DNA of 10,808 bases from Nitrospinales bacterium (GTDB lineage: Bacteria; Nitrospinota; Nitrospinia; Nitrospinales; JAJDAT01): NCBI GenBank assembly GCA_046757665.1, contig JBHHYO010000084.1:1-10808 (forward strand), in the 5' to 3' direction. Position numbers and translations under genes: made by a program. The notes under the pieces were generated by a model that worked only from the letters and a program-made list of their open reading frames with translations, had not been told where the DNA came from and did no database searches. Positions within the stretch are counted from its first letter, which is position 1. Each line of letters begins with the position of its first letter. Shown here in pieces: positions 1-6,320 of this stretch.

Positions 1-139
1 ATTGATCTTATTTTATATGATAGCGTGAATTAAAAATAGAGTCAATGTATTGATCTTATTTATTTTTTGCAGTTAACATATTGATTTTAAATGTAATATT
101 TATTTATTTTAAATAAGATCAACGTGTTGACTCTATTTT
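1..139. repeat. AT-rich array of inverted dyad repeats (AAATAGAGTCAA-N4-TTGATCTTATTT) around an IHF-consensus site
   Basis: 33-62 (aaaatagagtcaa-tgta-ttgatcttattta) and the reverse complement of 110-139 (aaaatagagtcaa-cacg-ttgatcttattta) are identical except for the central 4 nt. A half copy lies at 1-14 (cut by the window edge) and a degenerate copy at 71-89. The reverse complement of 74-86 (aatcaa-tatg-tta) matches the IHF consensus WATCAAN4TTR. Confidence 0.8.
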
Positions 140-399
140 ATAGCTTGTTGGAGAAATTTTCTCTTCAGTTCGTCGGCCTGGCGGTCGGTTGAGTGGCCCG
201 GGTTTTCCGTGGTCTCCCTGGCGCGTTTTTCCATTGCCTTGAGGGCGCCGACCATTGAGGCCAGCGCCCGGTTGGCTTCGCGCAGGTCGGGAGTTTTCTT
301 CACCTGGCCCGTCGGCGAATAAAGGCAGATTCGTCGCAGTTTCTCGAGTTCGTTCAGGACGTCGGGGTAGTCGATGGGGGGGATTTTCGGATCAGTCAT
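133..399 (-). CDS. Small hypothetical protein (88 aa), possibly phage/satellite derived; weak resemblance to a small-terminase oligomerisation region
   Basis: ATG at 399 is preceded by GGAGG (405-409). The start overlaps the stop of the upstream ORF (ATGACTGA). The helical pattern VLNELEKL...DLREANRAL resembles TerS only by recall, not by search. Confidence 0.6.
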   Translation of the reverse strand: MTDPKIPPIDYPDVLNELEKLRRICLYSPTGQVKKTPDLREANRALASMVGALKAMEKRARETTENPGHSTDRQADELKRKFLQQAIK

Positions 400-688
400 T
401 TTGTCCTCCAAGAGTTTTGGATGTCAGGTCGTGGATTTCCAGGACGGCATTAAGCGCTTGCAACCGAAGCTTTTGCAGTTCCAGGATTTCGGATTTCAGC
501 GTCCGGGCGGTTTGCCGTTGTTTGCGGATGACGGCCATGGTGCGTGACCATTTGCCGTGTTTGAGGGCGTTCATGGAGCTTCGCGCCCGGCCTTGCGGGG
601 TTTTCGGTCCCGTGGTTTTTTCCCAAGGCCGGGTTTGCAGAATTTTTTCTCTCTGCGAATGGTTGGTTTTTGCCCTGTCTGCGGTCAT
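392..688 (-). CDS. Small basic hypothetical protein (98 aa) with a TGPKTxxG-x6-NALKHG motif (HGGxSTG-related, seen in prophage/mobile-element proteins)
   Basis: ATG at 688 has a strong GGAGG at 694-698, so the 775 start in the ORF track is probably too long. The motif RPWEKTTGPKTPQGRARSSMNALKHG is followed by a coiled-coil-like tail. Confidence 0.72.
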   Translation of the reverse strand: MTADRAKTNHSQREKILQTRPWEKTTGPKTPQGRARSSMNALKHGKWSRTMAVIRKQRQTARTLKSEILELQKLRLQALNAVLEIHDLTSKTLGGQND

Positions 689-947
689 GGTTTCCTCCAA
701 AAAATAAAAAAGGTCCTTATATATAGCGGACGAGACAGGATGCGCGCCGCAGGGCTCCACCGGTTGCGACAGCATAACCAGCTGATTTTATTTGAGAAAT
801 TTTCCATCGGCGGGGATGGCGAGGCACCGCATGGGGGAGGTGGCCACGCCGAGAAGACGCCGTTCCTCCTGGTCTGAAAGCGCCTCACTTTCCTCTGGAA
901 AGTTTTCGGCGTATATGATAATTTGAAAGTCTAAAGTTGAACCCATT

Positions 948-1059
948 GGCAGTTTTGTTGGGCCTCGCGCAACAGGGCTTTGTGAACCCCGTCAGGTCCG
1001 GAAGGAAGCAGCGGTAGCAAATTACTTTGTGTGCTGCGGGATTCCCCAACAATTCTGCC
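948..1059 (+). ncRNA. ffs: Signal recognition particle RNA, small (4.5S) type
   Basis: Conserved helix-8 motif GTCAGGTCCGGAAGGAAGCAGC at 991-1012. Termini pair (ggcag..ttgttggg / cccaacaa..ctgcc) and are followed by a T-rich run. The position upstream of dnaX is a common arrangement. Confidence 0.96.
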
Positions 1060-1117
1060 TTTTCTTTTTGGGGACGGGGCCGGTCGTTCCCGTGTTCACC
1101 CCGCGAGCGAGAACGTT

Positions 1118-2755
1118 ATGGAATACCAGGTATCGGCTCTCAAATGGCGTCCGCAAAATTTCGCGGACCTGGTGGGCCAGGAAGCCATTATTCAGACATT
1201 GAGCAACGCCATCCGTCTCGACCGCGTGGCGCACGCCTACTTGTTTTCCGGCACGCGCGGCGTGGGCAAAACGACGATGGCGCGCATTCTCGCCAAGGCG
1301 CTCAATTGCGAATCCGGCCCCACCCCGGAGCCTTGCGGTACGTGTTCCTTCTGCGTCGAGATCCGCCAGGGCAATTGCATCGATGTCATGGAGATCGACG
1401 GCGCCTCCAACAATGGCGTTGCCGAGGTGCGCGACCTGATCGAAAACGTGCAGTACGCCGCCTCCGCCTGCCGCAACAAAATTTATATCATCGACGAAGT
1501 CCACATGCTTTCCAAGAGCGCCTTCAACGCGCTGTTGAAAACCCTGGAGGAGCCGCCGCCGCGCGTGGTGTTTATCTTTGCCACGACGGAGTTGATCAAA
1601 ATTCCCGAAACCATTCTCTCGCGTTGCCAGTGTTTCGAGTTCAAGGCGCTGACGCAGAGGCAGATCGTCGAACAAATGCGGCTCATCTGTGACCGGGAGG
1701 AGATCGCCATCGACAACCTCGGCCTGGAACGGATCGCCAAAAACGCCTCCGGCAGTATGCGCGATTCGCAAAGCCTGCTCGACCAGGTGATCGCTTTCTG
1801 CGGCAAGAAAGTCGAGGCGGAGTCCGTGGAATCCATTCTCGGCATCGTTGCCCGCGACGTGCTGGAGGGTTTTATCGACCGTCTGGCCGAGCGCGACTGC
1901 CCCGCCCTGATCGGGCAGGTGCGAGACATTGCCGACGCCGGCAAGGACCTCAACTCGTTTTGCCGGGACCTGATCGAGTACCTGCGCGACCTGTTGCTCG
2001 CCAAGGTGACTCAACAACCCGAGACGCTTCTGGATCCGCAAACCTGCAATCTGCCGGCGCTGAAACGGCAGGCGGAAAAATTTCATGCCGATGAGTTGCA
2101 ACAGATGTTTACGGTGCTGTCGCACACCGAGGCGCAAATGAAGCGCAGTCCCCTGCCGCAAATCCTGCTTGAAATGGCGGTTCTGCGCCTGGCCGACGTG
2201 CGCCCCTTCCGCGATATCGGGCAGATGATCGACCGGATCAACCGGCTGGAGAATGAGGGGGTTCAAGATGAGATGAATTTTGCGGAAGCAACGGCACGGC
2301 GGGAACAACCGGCTACCGGTCAACCGGCGAAACCGCCGAGCCGGCACGCCACGCCGGCGGACGACGGCAACGAGCCGCCGGAGAACGAGGCGCTTTGGCG
2401 GGCCGTGACCGACAAGATTTGCGCCCAGAAATCATACCTGGCTCATTACCTGGACGCCTGCCGTCCGGAATTTCCGAGCCCGGAGGTTCTTCAACTTAAT
2501 TTTTCCGATCCTTTTACGCTGGAGCGCATCAAAAAAGAAGAAAATCTGAAAATTATCTCGGAAGCGGTCAACTCCATCCATAAAGCCGATATGGAAATAA
2601 AACTGGTGTTGAAAAACGCGGAGAACGCTCCGGACTCATCCGACATTAGGGAAGAAAAAAAAAACACCGCGGGTTATAATGGGGCTGGAGACCAAACTGA
2701 AATCCGGATTTTAAGAGATGCACTCGATATTTTCGGCGGCACCATTGTCCGCTGA
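1118..2755 (+). CDS. dnaX: DNA polymerase III subunit gamma/tau
   Basis: N-terminus MEYQVSALKWRPQNF, Walker A GTRGVGKTT, Zn motif C..PCGTCSFC, DEVHML, SRC motif. Synteny with ybaB-recR. The ATG at 1118 is chosen because the longer ORF overlaps the SRP RNA. Confidence 0.97.
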   Translation: MEYQVSALKWRPQNFADLVGQEAIIQTLSNAIRLDRVAHAYLFSGTRGVGKTTMARILAKALNCESGPTPEPCGTCSFCVEIRQGNCIDVMEIDGASNNGVAEVRDLIENVQYAASACRNKIYIIDEVHMLSKSAFNALLKTLEEPPPRVVFIFATTELIKIPETILSRCQCFEFKALTQRQIVEQMRLICDREEIAIDNLGLERIAKNASGSMRDSQSLLDQVIAFCGKKVEAESVESILGIVARDVLEGFIDRLAERDCPALIGQVRDIADAGKDLNSFCRDLIEYLRDLLLAKVTQQPETLLDPQTCNLPALKRQAEKFHADELQQMFTVLSHTEAQMKRSPLPQILLEMAVLRLADVRPFRDIGQMIDRINRLENEGVQDEMNFAEATARREQPATGQPAKPPSRHATPADDGNEPPENEALWRAVTDKICAQKSYLAHYLDACRPEFPSPEVLQLNFSDPFTLERIKKEENLKIISEAVNSIHKADMEIKLVLKNAENAPDSSDIREEKKNTAGYNGAGDQTEIRILRDALDIFGGTIVR

Positions 2756-2790
2756 TTGGAAAAATCGAACCGCAGGGGAAACTTTTGATC

Positions 2791-3108
2791 ATGAATAAAG
2801 GTTTTGGAGCGATTTTCAAGCAGGCTCAGGAAATGCAATCGAGGATGGCGGAACTGCAAGGCGAGCTGGCGCAAAAAACCGTCGAGGTCTCCGTCGGCGG
2901 CGGCATGGTCACCATGACCGCCAACGGCCTCAACGAAATCATTTCCATGAAAATCGACGAAGAGCTGATCAACATGCAGGACAAGGAAGTGCTGGAAGAC
3001 CTTATCGTCGGCGCGGTCAATGAAATTCACCGCAAAAACAAGGAACTCAACCAGGGGGAGATGTCCAAGCTGACCGGGGGGATCAAAATTCCCGGCTTGT
3101 TCACCTAG
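2791..3108 (+). CDS. ybaB: YbaB/EbfC family nucleoid-associated protein
   Basis: KQAQEMQ..., GGGMV, EVLEDLI, KLTGG..IPGLF family pattern. Lies between dnaX and recR. Alternative TTG start at 2785. Confidence 0.95.
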   Translation: MNKGFGAIFKQAQEMQSRMAELQGELAQKTVEVSVGGGMVTMTANGLNEIISMKIDEELINMQDKEVLEDLIVGAVNEIHRKNKELNQGEMSKLTGGIKIPGLFT

Positions 3109-3187
3109 AGTTGGAAACGGATCGTTTTTCCAGACCCGGTTCCGCCGCGCCGGCCCGCACCCTGAACCGCGCAATGCAAGGCCATCC

Positions 3188-3799
3188 GTGAAGCGACCGG
3201 AAACCGTAACCGAACTGATTAGCGAATTGAAGCGGTTGCCCGGCATAGGGCAAAAGACCGCCGAACGTCTCAGCTTTTTTTTGATGCGCGGTAGCCGCGA
3301 GCGTACGCAAAAGCTTGCCCAGGCCATTATCGACATCAAGGAAAAGATCATTCTCTGCTCCAACTGCCACGGCATTACCGAGGAGGATCCCTGCGGCATC
3401 TGCAAGGACCCCGCCCGCGACCGCGCCACCATTTGCGCCGTCGAGGACCCCTACGACGTGTTTCTGCTGGAGAACATGGGCGAGTACAAGGGCGTGTATC
3501 ACGTGCTCATGGGCGTCATATCCCCGCTCGACGGGGTGGGCCCCGACGACTTGACCATCGACGCATTAAAGGCAAAGGTCGAAAAAAATTCGGTGCGCGA
3601 GGTGATCCTGGCCACCAATCCGAACATGGAGGGCGAATCCACCGCGGTGTATATTTCCAGGATTCTGCAACCGTACAAGGTGAAGGTGACGCGCATCGCC
3701 CGCGGCCTGCCCGTGGGCGGCGACTTGGAATACGCCGACCCCGTCACCCTGCTGAAGTCCATGCAGGGACGCACGGAAATGAACGCTTCGGAAAAATGA
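3188..3799 (+). CDS. recR: Recombination mediator RecR
   Basis: HhH motif LPGIGQKTAERL, C4 zinc finger CSNC...CGIC, Toprim motifs (EVILATNPNMEGE, RIARGLPVGGDLEYAD). Confidence 0.97.
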   Translation: MKRPETVTELISELKRLPGIGQKTAERLSFFLMRGSRERTQKLAQAIIDIKEKIILCSNCHGITEEDPCGICKDPARDRATICAVEDPYDVFLLENMGEYKGVYHVLMGVISPLDGVGPDDLTIDALKAKVEKNSVREVILATNPNMEGESTAVYISRILQPYKVKVTRIARGLPVGGDLEYADPVTLLKSMQGRTEMNASEK

Positions 3800-3861
3800 G
3801 GCGTCTGCCGGCGGCGAAAAAGATTGGAGAGATTTGAAAAATCGCGGCAATATAAATCCGC

Positions 3862-3890
3862 TTGACAACTCCGATGATTTGCAATAACTT
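3862..3890 (+). promoter_or_regulatory. Sigma70-type promoter for tRNA-Asn
   Basis: TTGACA (3862-3867), 17-nt spacer, TAACTT (3885-3890), just upstream of the tRNA. Confidence 0.65.
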
Positions 3891-3925
3891 GCGAAACTCA
3901 TAATCAAACGCGAAATCCCTACCCT

Positions 3926-4000
3926 TCCGGCGTGGCGCAACGGTAGCGCGAGCGGCTGTTAACCGCTAGGTTACAGGTTCGAATCCTGTCGCCGGAGCCA
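3926..4000 (+). tRNA. tRNA-Asn (GTT)
   Basis: Acceptor stem tccggcg/cgccgga, anticodon arm agcgg-ctGTTaa-ccgct, T-loop ggttcgaatcc, encoded CCA. Confidence 0.97.
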
Positions 4001-4012
4001 GATATTAAAATG

Positions 4013-4043
4013 ACCGCCTTTCATCCGAAAGGCGGTTTTTTTA
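4013..4043 (+). terminator. Intrinsic terminator after tRNA-Asn (left copy of the 31-bp direct repeat)
   Basis: Stem ccgcctttc / gaaaggcgg, loop atcc, followed by T7. An upstream A-run allows weak bidirectional use. Confidence 0.9.
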
Positions 4044-4093
4044 TAACGAGTTTTCCGCTTGGGGTTGAATAGCAAGAGGAAGGGGGTTTTGTT

Positions 4094-4194
4094 GTGGGGG
4101 AGATAGAGGCCCAATCTCTCCACGGTATGAGATTGGACCGCCGAGGCATCCTTTCTAGGCCGTGGCCCGGATAAGTCAGCGAGTCTCCCCCCAC
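4094..4194 (-). ncRNA. Candidate structured non-coding RNA (three-way junction with complementary loops), family unknown
   Basis: Closing stem 4184-4194 with 4094-4103. Hairpin A spans 4140-4180 and hairpin B spans 4108-4139. Their loops CCACGG and CCGUGG are complementary. Four stem positions are G-U on the minus strand but A-C on the plus strand. A matching promoter lies just upstream. Confidence 0.6.
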
Positions 4195-4200
4195 GCACTT

Positions 4201-4229
4201 AATGTAACGCAAAGGCCGAGGCGGCGCAA
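4201..4229 (-). promoter_or_regulatory. Sigma70-type promoter for the candidate ncRNA
   Basis: Minus strand TTGCGC (4229-4224), 17-nt spacer, TACATT (4206-4201). The predicted start at ~4194 coincides with the 5' end of the closing stem. Confidence 0.5.
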
Positions 4230-4297
4230 AGGGAAAATGGCGAGAGTTTTTTGGTGTCGATAGTATTTTAAATTCCCTCCCTCCGAAGGAGAAGCTT

Positions 4298-4327
4298 TTG
4301 ACATAACGGATTATTGTAGTTTAGCAT
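4298..4327 (+). promoter_or_regulatory. Sigma70-type promoter upstream of the uORF/fic unit
   Basis: TTGACA (4298-4303), 18-nt spacer, TAGCAT (4322-4327). Confidence 0.55.
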
Positions 4328-4358
4328 GGCGTTGCAAACATCCGGCAAGGAGGGGTTA

Positions 4359-4412
4359 ATGAAAGGGCAAAATCCATGTGGGAGGACGCAGTTTTCTGAT
4401 GAAACCTTTTGA
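4359..4412 (+). CDS. Possible 17-aa upstream ORF (MKGQNPCGRTQFSDETF) overlapping the fic start
   Basis: AAGGAGG at 4347-4353, 5 nt before ATG 4359. Stop TGA at 4410-4412, out of frame with fic. Confidence 0.35.
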   Translation: MKGQNPCGRTQFSDETF

Positions 4413-5250
4413 GCCTAATTGTTTACCCCTCGATTGCATCGACTGGGGAGCCCATGTAACACTTGTCGGAAGGGCAAACGCCGCTCTGGCCCGGTATGAT
4501 GGTATGCTTCAAGGTGTTGTCAACCCGGCGGTGTTGCTTTCGCCCATGACAACTCAGGAGGCGGTGCTTTCATCACGCATTGAGGGAACCCAAGCCAGCA
4601 TGGAGGAGGTACTGGAATATGAAGCTGGGTCAACGGAAAAAATCATACCGGAAAAACATGCGGACATCCAAGAGATTATCAACTACCGCCATGCCATGGC
4701 CGTGGCCAAGGCGCAGTTCGAGATTATCCACCCGTTCCTTGATGGCAACGGCAGGTTAGGGCGTATGCTGATCCCCTTGTTCCTCTACGCCAAGAGACTT
4801 CTCTCAAGTCCCATGTTTTATATGAGCGCCTACTTGGAGGAACATCGTGATGTTTATTATGAACGGTTACAGGCGATTTCCAAAAATGGTGATTGGAATG
4901 GGTGGATTACATTTTTCCTTTCCGCGCTAACGGAACAAGCGGCACAAAACACGGAAACGACGAAGGCGATTATTGACCTTTACGAAAGGTTGAAAAAGCA
5001 AGTAGTCGATGCTACTCATTCGCAATTTGCCGTTCAGGCATTGGATGCGATATTTTCACGACCGGTTTTCCGCAGTTCTCAATTCCAGCAGTTGGCAAAC
5101 ATAAAAACCCGGTCGACGGCGGCGCGAATTCTGAGAAAACTCCGTGAGGTAGGTGTGCTGAAAGTGTTGAAAGAGGGCAAGGGAAGGCGGTCGGCGTTGA
5201 TTATGTTCCCTGAATTGATCTACTTAGTGGAGGGTAAAAGAGTTCTCTAA
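4399..5250 (+). CDS. Fic/DOC family protein with N-terminal inhibitory helix and probable C-terminal HTH; apparent internal in-frame deletion (possibly a pseudogene)
   Basis: Canonical Fic motif HPFLDGNGRLGR (4729-4764) and inhibitory-type motif SSRIEG. ATG 4399 follows GGAGGA (4381-4386). Only a few residues separate EIINYRHAM from AQFEIIHPF, where homologues usually have tens of residues. Confidence 0.88.
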   Translation: MKPFEPNCLPLDCIDWGAHVTLVGRANAALARYDGMLQGVVNPAVLLSPMTTQEAVLSSRIEGTQASMEEVLEYEAGSTEKIIPEKHADIQEIINYRHAMAVAKAQFEIIHPFLDGNGRLGRMLIPLFLYAKRLLSSPMFYMSAYLEEHRDVYYERLQAISKNGDWNGWITFFLSALTEQAAQNTETTKAIIDLYERLKKQVVDATHSQFAVQALDAIFSRPVFRSSQFQQLANIKTRSTAARILRKLREVGVLKVLKEGKGRRSALIMFPELIYLVEGKRVL

Positions 5251-5260
5251 AGTCTACGAG

Positions 5261-5307
5261 ACACAAAATATTTTGTGTAAAGTATTTTGCATTTTGCTTT
5301 ACACAAA
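5261..5307. repeat. Nested palindromes of ACACAAA/TTTGTGT
   Basis: Perfect 18-bp palindrome acacaaaatattttgtgt (5261-5278). Inverted repeat tttgtgtaaag (5272-5282) / ctttacacaaa (5297-5307). Confidence 0.7.
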
Positions 5308-5363
5308 CTCATTAGTGGTTTTTTCCTTGAACGTAATGGGTTTTTTAGGAACTATTGGAATAG

Positions 5364-5393
5364 CCGCCTTTCATCCGAAAGGCGGTTTTTTTA
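5364..5393 (+). terminator. Intrinsic terminator after fic (right copy of the 31-bp direct repeat)
   Basis: Same stem-loop and T7 as 4014-4044. Confidence 0.88.
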
Positions 5394-5509
5394 TGGTGCA
5401 GGGAGCTTTTTGAGAGAACCTTATTTCACTGCGGAATAGTATGGGCGGTCAATGGGATTCTTACTTCAAAAATCCGGGTAAAAATGAAGTAAGGGAAGAA
5501 AGCGGTGTT

Positions 5510-6319
5510 TTAAACATCCACGGAGCGGATCGGATGTGCCTGTTCGATCAGGCCGCGTTCGTGGCACAGGTTGCGGAAGTGGGCAAGTCCTTCCAGCTCG
5601 GCTTCTCCCAATCGGTAAATGATCCGGTTGCTTAAATAATCGGCGCATTCGGCTGTGCTGATGCCGGTTTTTCCGGCCCAGGTTTTTACGATCTCCGGTA
5701 TGGTTTCGCGCGGCTCGATTTGCTGGATCCGTTCGATGGTTTCCTTGCCAAGCGTTGCGTCCGGTCGCACCGCGGCGACGGCGTGGACAAATGTTTTGCC
5801 CGTTTGGCGAAACCATTCCTCGCTGAGGTCGTATACCGTTGCGTCGGGGAACCGCTCCCTCGCCCGGAAAGCCTGGTCGCCGATGATGAGGGCGGCGTCA
5901 TCGGTTGCCAGCATGGTTTCCAGATCGGGAATGCGGCTGTGAAACCGGACGGTCGGGGAGAGCCGGTCGGCGAACAGGATTTTTAACAGAGCGGCGGAGG
6001 TCAACGACCGGTTGTCGAGGGACAGGGTGCGAATGGTTTTCAAGGGTGTCCGCGTCACCAGCAGAACCGTTCCCACTACGCCGCGGGATGCGATGGCAAG
6101 CCCAGGTAGCAGGCGGTAACGGTCTGCGTGCCTGAGATATTCCACGGAGGGAATCATGGCCAGATCGAGTTCCCCCGACTTGAGTTTTGCGGCAACGGCG
6201 GCGGGTGTGTCCAGGACCATCTCGATGCCGGCTTCCCGGCCGAGGCGCACGAGGGGTTGCAACAAGGGCTGGGCGTTGAGGAAATCGTGGAACCCGAACC
6301 GCAACAGATTTTTTGACAT
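5510..6319 (-). CDS. mqnA: Chorismate dehydratase MqnA (futalosine menaquinone pathway), MqnA/MqnD family
   Basis: N-terminal FLNAQPL, GELDLAMIPSVEY, IASRGVVGTVLL, SLTSAALLKIL, AALIIGDQA and DLSEEWFRQTG patterns typical of MqnA. Confidence 0.85.
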   Translation of the reverse strand: MSKNLLRFGFHDFLNAQPLLQPLVRLGREAGIEMVLDTPAAVAAKLKSGELDLAMIPSVEYLRHADRYRLLPGLAIASRGVVGTVLLVTRTPLKTIRTLSLDNRSLTSAALLKILFADRLSPTVRFHSRIPDLETMLATDDAALIIGDQAFRARERFPDATVYDLSEEWFRQTGKTFVHAVAAVRPDATLGKETIERIQQIEPRETIPEIVKTWAGKTGISTAECADYLSNRIIYRLGEAELEGLAHFRNLCHERGLIEQAHPIRSVDV

Positions 6320-6320
6320 G

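Larger units (their letters stand above)
4014..5394. mobile_element. Small genomic islet or remnant bounded by 31-bp direct repeats downstream of tRNA-Asn
   Basis: ccgcctttcatccgaaaggcggtttttttat is present identically at 4014-4044 and 5364-5394. The interior is visibly more AT-rich than the flanking core genes and carries a Fic gene. No integrase is present. Confidence 0.65.

Noticed and set aside
43-129. FNR boxes in the AT-rich repeats
   Set aside because: Half-sites are arranged TCAA-N4-TTGA, the reverse of the FNR TTGAT-N4-ATCAA arrangement.
1-139. CRISPR array
   Set aside because: The repeats are inverted and irregularly spaced, with no series of unique spacers and no cas genes.
720-900. 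tRNA/tmRNA 3' fragment (att site) at the right edge of the phage-like genes
   Set aside because: Only ctccacc resembles such an end, and there is no T-loop motif or paired repeat in the window.
895-922. Promoter for ffs (tatgat/gataat near 914-922)
   Set aside because: The -10 is plausible but there is no convincing -35, so it is not listed as a feature.
1031-1117. N-terminal extension of dnaX given by the ORF track
   Set aside because: It overlaps the SRP RNA, and family similarity starts at MEYQ (1118).
1022-2347. Long antisense ORF (441 aa) opposite dnaX, and similar shadow ORFs opposite hppA (6156-7127) and prs (9762-10658)
   Set aside because: They lie antisense to well-supported genes in GC-rich coding DNA and have no recognisable motifs.
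2531-2537. AAAAAAG in dnaX as an E. coli-type -1 frameshift site
   Set aside because: It is read as AAA-AAA-GAA, not A-AAA-AAG, so the phase is wrong, and no clear stimulatory hairpin follows.
4140-4180. Hammerhead or pistol ribozyme in the candidate ncRNA (CUGA...GAAA, GGGCCACG)
   Set aside because: The core reads CUGACUU rather than CUGANGA, and the helix order does not fit hammerhead or pistol topology.
3971-4212. Short minus-strand ORFs (75 aa and 63 aa) over the tRNA-Asn downstream region
   Set aside because: They run into the terminator or tRNA and lack an RBS or motifs. The region is better explained as structured RNA.
5460-5493. Hairpin cttacttca/tgaagtaag downstream of mqnA as a terminator
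   Set aside because: The stem is AT-rich with a 16-nt loop and no convincing U-tract, too weak to call.
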